Shown here: positions 21,194-32,191 of the stretch, in pieces | How the letters are laid out: each line of letters opens with the position of its first letter | Numbering within the stretch: position 1 is the stretch's first letter | NCBI GenBank assembly: GCA_963789865.1 | Contig: CAWBMD010000002.1 | Span: forward strand, 322,543 to 386,542 | DNA: 64,000 nt | From: an uncultured Chloroflexia bacterium | GTDB taxonomy: Bacteria; Chloroflexota; Limnocylindria; Limnocylindrales; CSP1-4 | Direction of reading: 5' to 3' | Position numbers and translations under genes: made by a program | Notes under the pieces: generated by a model | Seen by the model: the letters and a program-made list of their open reading frames with translations, nothing else | What the model was told of the DNA's origin: nothing | Databases searched by the model: none

Positions 21194-21854
21194 CCCGGGG
21201 AGGCTCCGTCCGGCCGCGCGCCGCTGCCCAGGGCGTGAGCCGGCCCTGGAGGTGCACGAACAGGCGGTCCAGGCCGAGCGCCAGGAGGATCGTCAGGATG
21301 GCGCCGGCGTAGATCTCGGTCGGGAAGCTCCGTCGCGCGCCCTCGAAGATGAAGTAGCCCAGGCCGCCGAACGCGTCGCCGAGGGTCGCGGTGATCGTGA
21401 CCAGGCCGATCGTGGAGACGGTGGCGACCCGGAGCCCGGCCATGATCAGCGGGACCGCGAGCGGCAGCTCGACGCGCACCAGCCGCGACGTGCTCGTGTA
21501 GCTCATGGCGTCGGCAGCCTCCCGGACGTCGGGCGGGACGGCGTCGAAGCCGGCGACCACGTTCCGGAACAGGATCACGAGGGTGTACAGGACCAGCGGG
21601 ACCTCCGCCGTGAGCATGTTCAGGCCCACGATCGGGACGAGCGCGGCGAACAGCGCGAGGCTGGGGATCGTGTAGACGAGGCCGGCGACGAGCGAGAACG
21701 GCGGGTAGAGCCGCCGGCGACGGGCGGCGACCACGCCGAGCGCGAGGGAGATCGCGAGGCCGACGGCGATGGCGATGGCCGCCAGGTAGAGGTGCTGGCC
21801 CGTCCGGTACAGCAGCGCCGGAACGTGATCGGAGAGCCAGGCCCAGTCGATCAC
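21190..21854 (-). CDS. ABC transporter permease (osmoprotectant type); 3' end inferred
   Basis: GTG at 21854. Piece FDAVPPDVREAADAMSYTSTSRLVRVELPLAVPLIMAGLRV. A TGA overlapping the next ATG (21190-21193) is in frame only after a 1-nt correction. Confidence 0.7.
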
Positions 21855-21857
21855 GGC

Positions 21858-23063
21858 TCAGACGCGGGCTGCGGCCGCCGCGGACGGTTCGAGGATCGCA
21901 GACGCAGCGGGGAGGTCGCCGCCCGTGTCGGCGCGGAACCAGTCGGCCACCATCCCGACGGTCACGATGCCGCGGAGCCGGCCGTCGCGGTCCACCAGCA
22001 CCCCGGCCTGGACGTCGGCGTCGAGCAGCATCGACAGGGCGTCCTTCAGCGTCGTGCGGCGATCGAACTGCGGCGACACCGGGATCACGGCGCCCGCCGG
22101 CAGCGTCCCCTCGGCCGGCAGCGTGTGCTGGTCGAGCCAGCCGAGCGGCCGGTCCTGCTCGTCGACGAGGAGCAGGTACGGGAAGGGGTCGGCGAGGATT
22201 CGGGCTCGCGCCGGCCCGGCCGCATCGCCCGGTCGAGCGGTGATCGCAGGGCGGATGGGCAGCTCCGCCACCCTGACGAGCGACAGGCGCTTGAGACCGC
22301 GATCGGTCCCGACGAACTGCGCGACGAAGCCCGACGCGGGCCGGGCGAGGATCCCGGCAGGTGGACCGAATTGCATGAGGCGGCCACCGGTGGCCATGAC
22401 CGCGACGAGATCGCCCATCTTGATCGCCTCGTCGATGTCGTGGGTCACGAACAGGATCGTCTTGGCGAGCGTCTCCTGGAGCCGCAGCAGCTCGTTCTGG
22501 AGCCGCTCGCGGACGATCGGGTCGACCGCCCCGAAGGGCTCGTCCATCAGCAGGATGGGCGGGTCTGCCGCGAGCGCACGGGCGACGCCGACGCGCTGCC
22601 GCTCGCCACCGGACAATTGCGCGGGGTACCGGTCCCGGTAGGCCGCCGGATCCAGGCCGACGAGCGAGAGCAGCTCCTCCGCTCGCTCCCGGCGGCGCGC
22701 CGCCGGCCAGCCGAGCAGCCTCGGGACCGTCGAGACGTTCTCGCCGATGGTCTGGTGGGGGAAGAGCCCGACCTGCTGGATCACGTAGCCGATGCTGCGC
22801 CGCAGGTCGACGAGGTCGCGCGTCGCGACGTCCACGCCGTCCACCAGGATCCGTCCCCGGGTCGGCTCGATGAGCCGGTTGACCATCTTGAGCGAGGTCG
22901 TCTTGCCGCAGCCCGACGGCCCCACGAGGACGCAGATGCTGCCGGCCGGCACGGCGAGCGACAGGTCGTCGACCGCACCGGGCGACCCCTGGGCGTCGAG
23001 GGATCGGTCGTAATGCTTGGTGACGTGGTCGAACTCGATGGTGGCGGCCCGGTTGTCGGGCAT
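21858..23063 (-). CDS. ABC transporter ATP-binding protein with C-terminal tandem CBS domains (ProV/OpuA-like)
   Basis: Intact. Walker A GPSGCGKTT, signature LSGGERQRV, Walker B ILLMDEPFGAVD, and a CBS-like tail. Confidence 0.9.
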   Translation of the reverse strand: MPDNRAATIEFDHVTKHYDRSLDAQGSPGAVDDLSLAVPAGSICVLVGPSGCGKTTSLKMVNRLIEPTRGRILVDGVDVATRDLVDLRRSIGYVIQQVGLFPHQTIGENVSTVPRLLGWPAARRRERAEELLSLVGLDPAAYRDRYPAQLSGGERQRVGVARALAADPPILLMDEPFGAVDPIVRERLQNELLRLQETLAKTILFVTHDIDEAIKMGDLVAVMATGGRLMQFGPPAGILARPASGFVAQFVGTDRGLKRLSLVRVAELPIRPAITARPGDAAGPARARILADPFPYLLLVDEQDRPLGWLDQHTLPAEGTLPAGAVIPVSPQFDRRTTLKDALSMLLDADVQAGVLVDRDGRLRGIVTVGMVADWFRADTGGDLPAASAILEPSAAAAARV

Positions 23064-23222
23064 CGGCGACGCGGCTCCTGCGGCGGTGTACGCCGACCAT
23101 ACCCGATACGCCCGGCGGCTGAGCGCGGCATCCCGCCGACCCACGGGACTCCGCCCCGCTGCCCGTTGTCGTAGCCTGTCCTGTGCGCCGGCAGATTGCC
23201 GCAGAACCGGAGGTGGCGTCCC

Positions 23223-23609
23223 ATGCTCACCCAGGCCCGAACCCACGCAGCCCTCCCCGCAGCCGATCTCGACCGCGCCCGCCGCTTCTACGAGGAGGTT
23301 CTCGGCCTCGCTCCCGTCGAGATCTCGCCCGGCGGTGTCCTCTACGGGACCGCCGAGGGCACCCGGTTCCTGGTCTTCCCCTCATCCGGCCGAGCCTCCG
23401 GGACACACACCCAGATGGGATTCACCGTTGCCGACATCGAGACCGAGGTCGCCGAGCTCAAGCTCCGCGGCGTCGTCTTCGTGTCGTACGAGATGCCGCA
23501 GTTCGACGCGGCCACGTCGATCGCGACATTCCCCGGCACCCGCTCTGCCTGGTTCACGGACACCGAGGGAAACCTGCTGGGCGTTGTCCAGCTCGGATCC
23601 CCGGCCTGA
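23223..23609 (+). CDS. VOC family protein
   Basis: Intact. Pieces THAALPAADLDRARRFYEEVLGL and SAWFTDTEGNLLGVVQL. Paralog of 28174-28560. Confidence 0.75.
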   Translation: MLTQARTHAALPAADLDRARRFYEEVLGLAPVEISPGGVLYGTAEGTRFLVFPSSGRASGTHTQMGFTVADIETEVAELKLRGVVFVSYEMPQFDAATSIATFPGTRSAWFTDTEGNLLGVVQLGSPA

Positions 23610-23650
23610 CACCGGGCCCTCGCTCACTGCCGGTCGTGCTTGTGCCTCCG

Positions 23651-25261
23651 ATGCCGGTGAGGCGCGGCTGGATCCTGTTCGCGGTGGTGCTCGGATCGGG
23701 CGTCGTCTTCCTCGACCAGACGGTCGTCAACGTCGCCCTCCAGACGATCGGGCGGGACCTGCCGGCCTCGGTGTTCGGCCGCCTCGAAGGCCTGACCTAT
23801 GTCACGAGCGGATACCTGGTCGTCCTCGCGGCGCTCCTCGTGCTCGCCGGCGCGCTCGGCGACCGGTTCGGCCGTCGTCGGGTATTCGAGATCGGCCTGA
23901 TCGGCTTCGGGGTGACCTCGATCCTGTGCGGCCTGGCGCCCACCCTCGAGGGCCTGATCGTCGCCCGCCTCGCCCAGGGGGCGGCCGGCGCCCTGCTCAT
24001 CCCACAGGCGCTGGCGATCATCACGGCGACCTGGGACGGCGAGGAGCGGGGACGCGCAATCGGGACCTGGGCTGCCGCCACCTCCGCCATCACGATCGCG
24101 GGCCCGCTTGTCGGCGCGCTGCTCGTCCAGGCGGTGTCCTGGCGCGCGGTCTTCTTCGTGAACGTGCCGCTCGTCGCCCTCGGGCTCTACGCGCTCCGCT
24201 ACGTGCCCGAGTCGCGCGATGAGCTGGCGACGGGCCACTTCGACTGGCTCGGTGCCGCCGTGATCGCGGTCGGCGTCGGCGGGCTTGCCTTCGGGGTGAC
24301 GCGTGGCCAGCAGCAGCGCTGGCTGGACCCATTCGCATTCGTTGCGATCGCGGTCGGGGCGCTGGCGCTGGTCCTGTTTCCCTGGCTCATGCGGCGGCAG
24401 CGCGATCCGCTGGTCCCACCGGACCTGTTCCGCTCGCGGGCCTTCGGGGTCATCAACCTGTCCACCTTCCTCATCTACGGCGCGTTGTACGTGAACCTGG
24501 TGTTCATGCAGCTGTATCTCCAGGGCGTCCTCGGGTACTCGCCGACGGCTGCCGCGCTCGCGCTCCTGCCCACCGGCATCCTGCTGACCCTGGTCTCGAC
24601 CCGTGCCGGGCGGCTCGCGGGGCGCCTCGGCGCTCGCCGCTTCCTGGTGGCCGGCCCGGCGCTCATGGCGGCGGGAGTCCTCTATCTCGCCCGTGTGCCG
24701 GCCACGAGCGGAGCGTGGCTCCTGGTGCCGGGGGAGGCTGTCTCGCTCCTGCCGCCGGCCGGATACCTCGTCGACATCCTGCCGGGCCAGCTCGTCTACG
24801 GGATGGGCCTCGCGCTCCTCGTCGCGCCCCTGTCCACGGCGTTGATGGGCTCGGTGCCACCGCGCCGGGCAGGCGTGGCCTCGGCCATCAACAACGCCGT
24901 CTCACGCGCGGGCGCCCCGCTCGTGAGCGCGCTCCTGTTCGTCGCCCTGAGCGCCGCCTTCTACCCCGCGATCGCCTCGCTCGTCCCGGGCCTCGACGTC
25001 TCCACACCCGCGTTCCGTGCGGCCGTCCAGCCGCTCACTCCACCCGACCCGGCGCTCGGGCCCGCCGTCGCGGCCGCCGCGACCGACGCGTCAACCGACG
25101 CCTTCCATCTCGCCATGCTGGCCACCGCGACGCTGCTCGCCATCGGGTCCGCCGTGAACGGCCTCGGCCTGCGTCCGGTCACGCCCAACGGCTCACCCGA
25201 GGGATCCGTGGACCGGGCCGCTCAGGCGCCCGCGTCCGCCTCACCGCCCCCGAGCGCGTAG
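23651..25261 (+). CDS. MFS transporter, DHA2 (EmrB/QacA-like, 14-TMS) drug:H+ antiporter family
   Basis: Intact, about 536 codons. Pieces LDQTVVNVALQTI, LGDRFGRRRVF, LAQGAAGALLIPQALAII and many hydrophobic helices. Confidence 0.85.
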   Translation: MPVRRGWILFAVVLGSGVVFLDQTVVNVALQTIGRDLPASVFGRLEGLTYVTSGYLVVLAALLVLAGALGDRFGRRRVFEIGLIGFGVTSILCGLAPTLEGLIVARLAQGAAGALLIPQALAIITATWDGEERGRAIGTWAAATSAITIAGPLVGALLVQAVSWRAVFFVNVPLVALGLYALRYVPESRDELATGHFDWLGAAVIAVGVGGLAFGVTRGQQQRWLDPFAFVAIAVGALALVLFPWLMRRQRDPLVPPDLFRSRAFGVINLSTFLIYGALYVNLVFMQLYLQGVLGYSPTAAALALLPTGILLTLVSTRAGRLAGRLGARRFLVAGPALMAAGVLYLARVPATSGAWLLVPGEAVSLLPPAGYLVDILPGQLVYGMGLALLVAPLSTALMGSVPPRRAGVASAINNAVSRAGAPLVSALLFVALSAAFYPAIASLVPGLDVSTPAFRAAVQPLTPPDPALGPAVAAAATDASTDAFHLAMLATATLLAIGSAVNGLGLRPVTPNGSPEGSVDRAAQAPASASPPPSA

Positions 25262-28007
25262 GCCACGACCTCGTCGATGGACATCGCGGCGCCCTCGGCC
25301 GCCAGGCGGACGACCTCGTCGGCGCCGAGCATCGCCCTCGCGGATGGCAGCTGCTGGTCGAGGAACTGGTCCACGAACGACGCGAGGCCGGCACCGGTGG
25401 CATTCGACAGGCTCCGGGCGGCCCCCCACAGCCGAGCGGCGCGCTCCGCGTCGCCGTCGTACGCGGCGAGGCCCGCCAGGTCGTCGAAGACCAGCGTGAG
25501 CCCGGCAGCGTCGCCCGACTCGCGGAACAGCCGCAGGGCGCCGTGGACCGACACGCGCGCCGCCTCGCCGTCGCCGTGCTTGAGCAGGGCCGCCCCCCTC
25601 ATGTGCAGCGCCCATGCCTCCATCGTCCGGTCGCCGACCCGCTGGTAGATCGCGAGCGCCTCGTCGAACTGGGCAATGCCGGCGGACGGATCGCCCTGGA
25701 AGTAGCGCTTGTTGCCCATCCCCCACAGGACGTTGGCCTGTCCCCGCTCGTCGCCGAGCGCCCGGTACAGCCCGAGCGCCTCGTCGAGCGCCACCCAGCC
25801 GGCACCGTCCGGATCGATGATCGCGGGCGCCTCGAGCGGGTCGATTGGCACCGTGAAGCAGAACGAGTAGTTGTAGAGGGCGTTGGCGAGCTCGACGCGG
25901 TTGCCGTCGGCGCGCCACAGCTCCACCGCCTCCGCGTAGGCGACGCGCATCGGCGCGATGTCCGCCTGCCACCAGCACACGCCTCCGAGCGCCTCCATGA
26001 GGCGCGCCCGCAGGACGGGCGACCTCACCGACCACGCGGCAGCCGCCATGGCATCGAGCCGGCGCCGCGCCTCGAACAGGTGGCCGCGCATCTGCCAGAA
26101 GCGCCAGAGGGCGAACGCGAGCCCGATTGCGAGATCCGCGTCCTCGGCGGCGGCACCACGATCGAGCGCAGCGCGGAGGTTGTCGTGCTCCAGCTCGAGC
26201 CTGTCGAGCCAGCGCCGCTGGTCCGGGCCGGCCAGCATCGGCCGCGCCTGCTCCGCGAGCCCCAGGAACCAGGTTCCGAACCGGGCGCGCACCACCTCGG
26301 CTTCGCCACGGGACGCCAGCATCTCCGCGGCGTACTCCCGGATGCTCTCCAGCATCTGGAAGCGCACCTCGGCCCCGTCGATCACCCGCAGCAGGCTCTG
26401 GTCCGCGAGCTCCCCGAGGCCGTCAAAGACGTCCCGGTCGAGCTCCTCGGCCGGGCCGCACACGGCCTCGGCAGCCTCGAGGTCGATGGCTGCGCGGAAC
26501 ACGGACAGCCGCTCCAGGAGGCGGCGGTCCCCGGCGTCGAGGATGTCGTAGCTCCACGCGATCGCGCCGCGCAGCGTCTGCTGCCGCTCGGGAAGGTCCC
26601 GCGAGCCGCCGCCGAGCGAGGCCAGCTGGTGGGTCAGCCGGGCGAGGATCGCGTCCGGGGACAGGACCTTGACACGTGCGGCCGCGAGCTCGATCGCCAG
26701 CGGCATCCCCCGCAGCCGCGCACAGATCGCGGCGACGGCTGGCGCATTGTCGTTGGTGACCTGGAAGTCGGGCTTGACGGCCGTGGCCCGCTCGATGAAC
26801 AGCCGCACGGATTCGTACACCGCGAGTCCCCCGGCGTCGACCTCCCGGTCCGCCACCGGCATCTGCGCGCGCTCGAGCGCCGAGAGTCCGGCCAGATCCG
26901 GCGGCGCCGGCAGCCCGGGCACCGGGTACTCGTGCTCGCCGGAGATCCGGAGGGCGGCCCTCGAGGTGACGACCAGCTTGAGGCCCGGGACCGAGCGGAG
27001 CAGGTCCGCGACCGCCGGCGCCGCCTCGACCACCTGCTCGAAGTTGTCCAGGACGAGGAGGACCGTCTTGCGGGCCATCCAGTCGACGACCAGGTCCCGC
27101 GCCGGCCGGCTTCCCGTCTCCGCGAGCCCGAGGGAGGCAGCGATCTGCGACGGCACGAGGCCGGGGTCTCGCACCGCGTCGAGGGGCACGAAGTAGACGC
27201 CATCAGGGAAGTCGTCGACGGCCGCGGCGGCGACCTCGAGCGACAGCCGCGTCTTGCCGGTGCCGCCCGGGCCGGTCAGGGTGACGAGCCGGTGACCGGC
27301 CAGGAGCGACAGGACGGCGGCGCGCTCCGCCTCGCGGCCGACGAACGAGGTGAGCTGGGCTGGCAGGTTGTTCGGCCGGGCGTCGACGGTCTTCGGCGGC
27401 GGGAACTCGCTGCGCAGGCCGTCGGCCACCAGCTGGTACAGGCGCTCCGGCTCGTCGAGGTCCTTGAGGCGGTGGCTGCCGAGGTCCCGGAAGGCGATAC
27501 CCTCCAGTGCCTCGTCGCGGTCGCGCACGAGCGCCCGCGTCGCGCCGGAGACGAGGACCTGGCCGCCGTGGGCGGCGGCGGCGATCCGGGCCGCGCGGTT
27601 GATATCGATGCCCACGAGCGAGCCGCCCTCGGTCCGCGCCTCGCCGGAGTGGACCCCCATCCGGACCCGGATCGTGGCATCGTCCGGCCACGGCTCCGCG
27701 GCGAGCGAGCGCTGCGCGGCCATGGCTGCGGCGATGGCCCCGCGCGCCGACCGGAAGATGACGAAGAACGAGTCGCCCTCGGTCCCCTGCTCCTCGCCGC
27801 CCCAGGCACTGAAGGCCTCGCGGAGGAGGGCGCGGTGGCGCTCCCGCACGGCTCCATACGCGCGCGTGCCGATCTCCTGCTCCAGCCGGGTCGATCCCTC
27901 GATGTCGGAGAACAGGAACGTCAGCGTCGCGCCGTCCGGCTCCGCGACCTGGACGGGCGGCTGGACGGGCGGTTGGACGGGCTCCGGGAACGGGGACGGT
28001 TCCTGCA
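25222..28007 (-). CDS. class III adenylate/guanylate cyclase domain - P-loop NB-ARC/AAA (STAND) - TPR repeat protein
   Basis: Intact, about 928 codons. Pieces LTFLFSDIEGSTRL, GDSFFVIF, GVHSGEA, IDINRAARIAAAAHGGQVLVS, and Walker A LTGPGGTGKTRL. The C-terminal half is rich in TPR-like helices. No C-terminal HTH is seen. Confidence 0.85.
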
Positions 28008-28173
28008 TCTGTGCTCCGCCGCGGACGAACCGGGTGGCGCCCTCGCGCACCGGCTGCAGGGCACATTCTGCGCGAACCGTCAACGCGCTGCCGTCGGGGT
28101 GCCGTCGGGGTGCTGGAGGGTGCGTGTAGGCTCTGCCGATCCACACGATCCACGACCGGAAGGGAACCTGTCC

Positions 28174-28560
28174 ATGCTCCACCAGCGCCGCGCCCACGCC
28201 ACGCTTCCGGTCTCGGACCTGGCGGCCGCCCGCGACTTCTGGGAGGACCGCCTCGGCTTCGTCCCGCTGGAGGAATATCCGACCGCCGTCCTGTACGCCG
28301 GTGCCGGCGGCTCCGTGTTCGCGATCTCCAGGGCATCCGCGCGGTCAACAGGCGGCAACACGCAGATGGCGTTCACCGTCCCCGACATCGGGGCGGAGGT
28401 CGCCGAACTCATGGGCCTGGGCATCGCGTTCGACACCTACGACATGCCCGGGCTCCGGACGGTCGACGGGATCGCCGAGGTGGGCGGCAACCGGGTCGCG
28501 TGGTTCAGGGACCCGGACGGCAACGTGATCGGCGTGATCGAGTTCGGCGGCCGCGCCTGA
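28174..28560 (+). CDS. VOC family protein
   Basis: ATG at 28174. Pieces AHATLPVSDLAAARDFWEDRLGF and VAWFRDPDGNVIGVIEF. It forms the tail of an otherwise spurious 1281-aa ORF. Confidence 0.75.
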   Translation: MLHQRRAHATLPVSDLAAARDFWEDRLGFVPLEEYPTAVLYAGAGGSVFAISRASARSTGGNTQMAFTVPDIGAEVAELMGLGIAFDTYDMPGLRTVDGIAEVGGNRVAWFRDPDGNVIGVIEFGGRA

Positions 28561-28631
28561 CCGCGCGGTCCTTCGCCGGGCGACCGCGCCCGGCGACGCG
28601 CGCTGCTGTCGCGCCCGGCTACCGCGCCCGG

Positions 28632-30038
28632 CTAGGGGACCCGCCGCTGGGTCGGGAGGATCACCTCGAAGCACGTCCCTCCCGGCCCGGACCTGACCTC
28701 GATCCGGCCCCCGTGGCGGCCCACGACGTTGTGCGAGATGTGGAGCCCGAGGCCGGTGCCGCTGCCCGGCGGCTTCGTGGTATAGAAAGGCTCGAAGATC
28801 CGCTCGCGGACCTCGGGCGGCATGCCCGGCCCGTCGTCGCAGATCTCGACGACCAGGTCCGCGTCCCGGACGAAGGCGTGGATCCGGATGCGGCCGTGCC
28901 CGCCCATCGCGTCGATCGCGTTGTCGAGGATGTTGGTCCACACCTGGTTGAGCTCGCTGCCGAACGCCTCGATCGCGGGGAGCCCTGGTTCGTAGTCTCG
29001 CTCGATCTCGATCCCCGACTTCAGCTTCGGGCGCAGGATCACGAGCGTGTTGTCCAGGCCGACCGTCACGTCCACCTGCTGGACCGGCGCCTGGTCCATG
29101 TACGAGTAGTCCTTCACGGCCTTCACGATCTCGGAGATGCGGCGGGCGCCCGTGCCCACCTCGTCGACCAGCGCGTGGATCTCGCTCCCGGACGCGACCC
29201 ACGCCGCCACGACGCCGAGGTCTGAGCCCGGGAACGCCTCGGCGGCGGGCCCAAGGTGCCCCGGTGCCCACCCCCCCGCGGCCAGCGTTGCCGCGAGCTC
29301 CGTGGCGTCCGCGACACCGCGTCCCTCCAGAAACCTCTCCAGGTCGTCGGCCCGGTCGCCCACCTCGAGCGGGTCGACGGAGGCCTCGGAGGCGGCGAGA
29401 CGCGCGATCTCGGTGCCCAGTTCGCCCACGACCGCTGCCTGGCGGGCATCCGCAACGACACGGCCCACGTCGCGCGTGGCGACGGCCCACCGGTCGAGGG
29501 CGTCGCGAAGCAGACCGGAGCTGCGCTGGACGGCCGCGGCGGGGTTGTTCAGCTCGTGCGCGAGCCCCGCGGACAGCGTCCCCAGGGCAGCCAGCTTCTC
29601 CCGCTCCCGGAGCAGCGCCTCGGTGCTCCGGAGGCGGCCGGTCACGGTCCGGATCATCGATAGCGCGGCCGAGGGGCGGGTGCGCACGAGCTCGAGCACG
29701 ACGTCCCTGCTGATCGTGATGATGCGGCTCGCTTCGATGGCACGGATGGTCGCCATCCGGGGTGATCCCTCGAGGACAGCCATCTCGCCCACGATCTCGC
29801 CGGGGCCCAGCCGGGCGATCGGGACGTCGGAGGATCGCGACCGCTTCACGACCTCCAGCTCGCCGGCCGTGATCACGAACAGCGTCTCGCCGTCGTCGCC
29901 CTCGGCGGCAACCACCTCGCCCACCGCCAGGTCGGCCGTGTCGCAGGCACCGGCGATCCAGTCCAGGTCATCTTCGTCGAGCGCCGCGAACAGCGGCACC
30001 CGGCGGAGCAGCGAGCGGTCTGCCGGCGAGAGCGTCAT
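28632..30038 (-). CDS. cyclic-nucleotide-binding domain sensor histidine kinase
   Basis: Intact. cNMP-binding [12 protein letters not shown]...[24 protein letters not shown]-box [18 protein letters not shown] boxes [17 protein letters not shown] and GSGTGLGL. Confidence 0.9.
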   Translation of the reverse strand: MTLSPADRSLLRRVPLFAALDEDDLDWIAGACDTADLAVGEVVAAEGDDGETLFVITAGELEVVKRSRSSDVPIARLGPGEIVGEMAVLEGSPRMATIRAIEASRIITISRDVVLELVRTRPSAALSMIRTVTGRLRSTEALLREREKLAALGTLSAGLAHELNNPAAAVQRSSGLLRDALDRWAVATRDVGRVVADARQAAVVGELGTEIARLAASEASVDPLEVGDRADDLERFLEGRGVADATELAATLAAGGWAPGHLGPAAEAFPGSDLGVVAAWVASGSEIHALVDEVGTGARRISEIVKAVKDYSYMDQAPVQQVDVTVGLDNTLVILRPKLKSGIEIERDYEPGLPAIEAFGSELNQVWTNILDNAIDAMGGHGRIRIHAFVRDADLVVEICDDGPGMPPEVRERIFEPFYTTKPPGSGTGLGLHISHNVVGRHGGRIEVRSGPGGTCFEVILPTQRRVP

Positions 30039-30080
30039 CGGGCGGGGGCCGTCATCGGGCAGGGGTCGTCATCGGGCGCC

Positions 30081-31744
30081 CTACAGCCCTGCGATGTGCT
30101 GGTGGACGAACTGGACCGCCATCGACCCCTCGCCCACGGCCGACGCGATGCGCTTCACCGAGCGTGACCGCACGTCCCCGGCGCTGAAGATCCCCGGGAC
30201 GCTCGTCTCGAGCATGAACGGCTCGCGCAGGAGCGGCCACCCGGGCACCTTGTCCCCGCTCCTGGTCAGGCCCGGGCCGGTCACCACGAACCCGGCCCCG
30301 TCACGTTCCACGATGCCGCCCAGCCAGTCCGTCCGTGGCGCCTGCCCGATGAATACGAACATCGCGGCCACCGGGAGCGTCTCGCGAACCTTCGGCTCGC
30401 TGTCCTCGACCTCCAGCGTCTCCAGCGCCTGGCCCCCGCCGACCGCGGTGACCGACGCGCGCAGCCGGACGGAGATGTTCGGGGTCGCCTCGATCTGGTC
30501 CACGAGATAGGCGGACATGCCGGCGCCCAGGGACCCGCCCCGGACGAGGATCGTCACGTGCTCCGCAAACCGGGCCAGGTACACCGCCGCCTGGCCGGCC
30601 GAGTTGCCGCCCCCGACGACAGCGACCCGCTGGCCGCGGTAGAACGCCGCCTCCGTGGTCGCGGCCCCGTAGTAGATGCCCGAGCCCGCGAGCCGGTCCG
30701 CGTCGGGCAGGTCCAGCTTCCGGTACTCCACGCCGGTCGCGATGAGCAGCGCCTGGCAGCTCAGCCGCGCACCGTCGCTCCAGGGTGACGACCTTGTACC
30801 GGTCGTCGATCGCGAGACCGGCGACGCCCTGCGGCGTGAGCACCTCCGCGCCCAGGCGGGTCGCCTGGGCCAGGGCTCGACGCGCGAGGTCCGCACCCGT
30901 GAGCCCGGCCGGGAAGCCCAGGTAGTTCTCGATCCGCGACGTCGTGCCGGCCTGTCCGCCAGGCGCCTCCCGCTCGACGAGCAGGGTCTTGAGCCCCTCG
31001 GAGGCACCGTACACGGCGGCCGCGAGCCCCGCGGGTCCGCCGCCCGCGATGACCAGGTCGTAGTACGGGAGCGCCGCGTGCTGTGCGCAGCCCGACGCGC
31101 TCGGCGATCTCGGCGTTCGACGGCCCGACGAGGTGGCTGCCGTCGGCGAGAACGACGAGCGGCTCGTGCGCGGCGTCGACGCCGGCGCTCGCGGCCAGCG
31201 CGATCGCCTCGGGGTCCGTCTCGATGTCGAGCCAGCGGTACGGGAGCTGGTTGCGCGCGAGGTAGTCCTTGATGGCGTGGCCGCGCGCCGACCACGCGTG
31301 GCCGACCACCCGGATCCCCTCGAACGGCGGGCGGAAGCCGGCCTGCCAGTCCGAGAGCAGGTCCTCGAGAACCGGGAACAGGCGCTCCTCGGGCGGGTCC
31401 CAGGGCTTGAGCAGGTAGTGGTCGAGGTGGATGGTGTTGATCGCCGCGATGGCGACCTCCGTGTCCGCGTAGGCCGTGAGCAGGACCCGTTTCGCGTCGG
31501 GATGAACGTCCGCGACGGCCTCGAGGAACTCGATGCCCGTCATGCCCGGCATCCGCTGGTCGGCCAGGAAGAGTGCGACCGGCGTGCCCCGCAGCTTCAG
31601 GCGCCGCGCCGCGTCGAGGGCAGCCTCGCCGCCTCCGGCGGCCACGATGCGGTAGTCGGAGCCGAAGCGGCCACGCAGGTCACGTTCGACGGCGCGCAGA
31701 ACCTGCGGATCGTCGTCGACCGAGAGGATGACCGGCTTGTCCAT
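30081..31744 (-). CDS. response-regulator receiver domain fused to a thioredoxin-reductase-like flavoprotein lacking the CxxC motif (2 frameshifts)
   Basis: GGGAGA then ATG at 31744. Pieces [11 protein letters not shown] and [13 protein letters not shown], then [55 protein letters not shown] and PGIFSAGDV. The stop lies 43 nt upstream of the kinase start. Confidence 0.8.
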
Positions 31745-31909
31745 TGTCGTCTCCCGCCGCATGACACGCTGCCTGAGGCCCGAACTCTAGCGACTCGACG
31801 GTGAGGGCGTCAGCGGGATGCCATTGACCGCTGCCGCTCGGGTACGCTCCGCGCGTCTCGGACGGGCGGCCGGCGCCGGCGCCCCCGCGGAGCCTGTGAG
31901 GAGCGAACG

Positions 31910-32191
31910 ATGAGCGACCGAACCGAAGCGCTGGCCCGGATCCTCGAGCGGGCGGAGCGCGTGCACGCGGTGGTGGCGGAACAGGCGGGCGGGGCCGATG
32001 CGGACTGGGCGCTGTTCTACGCGTGGTGGCTCCTGAACTGGTCCGACTTCGCGTCCGTTCTGGGCCGGACGCCGTCCCTGGCGGGGCTCACGGTGGAGCT
32101 CACGAACCTCGACGCCGCGTATCGGGCGGGCCCGCGGACACAGGCCTGGCCGATGGCGTATGCGGAGGCCCTCGACGGCGGCGAGGCCTAA
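31910..32191 (+). CDS. hypothetical protein (93 aa)
   Basis: Intact ORF with protein-like composition (WALFYAWWLLNWSDF). No family recognised. Confidence 0.45.
   Translation: MSDRTEALARILERAERVHAVVAEQAGGADADWALFYAWWLLNWSDFASVLGRTPSLAGLTVELTNLDAAYRAGPRTQAWPMAYAEALDGGEA

Noticed and set aside
21147-23174. 675-aa plus-strand ORF
   Set aside because: It is antisense to the ABC permease and ATPase genes. It has Arg/Asp/Gly-rich composition and no recognisable motifs.
24715-28173. 1281-aa plus-strand ORF covering the cyclase-STAND region
   Set aside because: It is antisense to an intact, motif-rich 928-codon gene. Only its last 129 codons (28174-28560, VOC protein) are real coding sequence.
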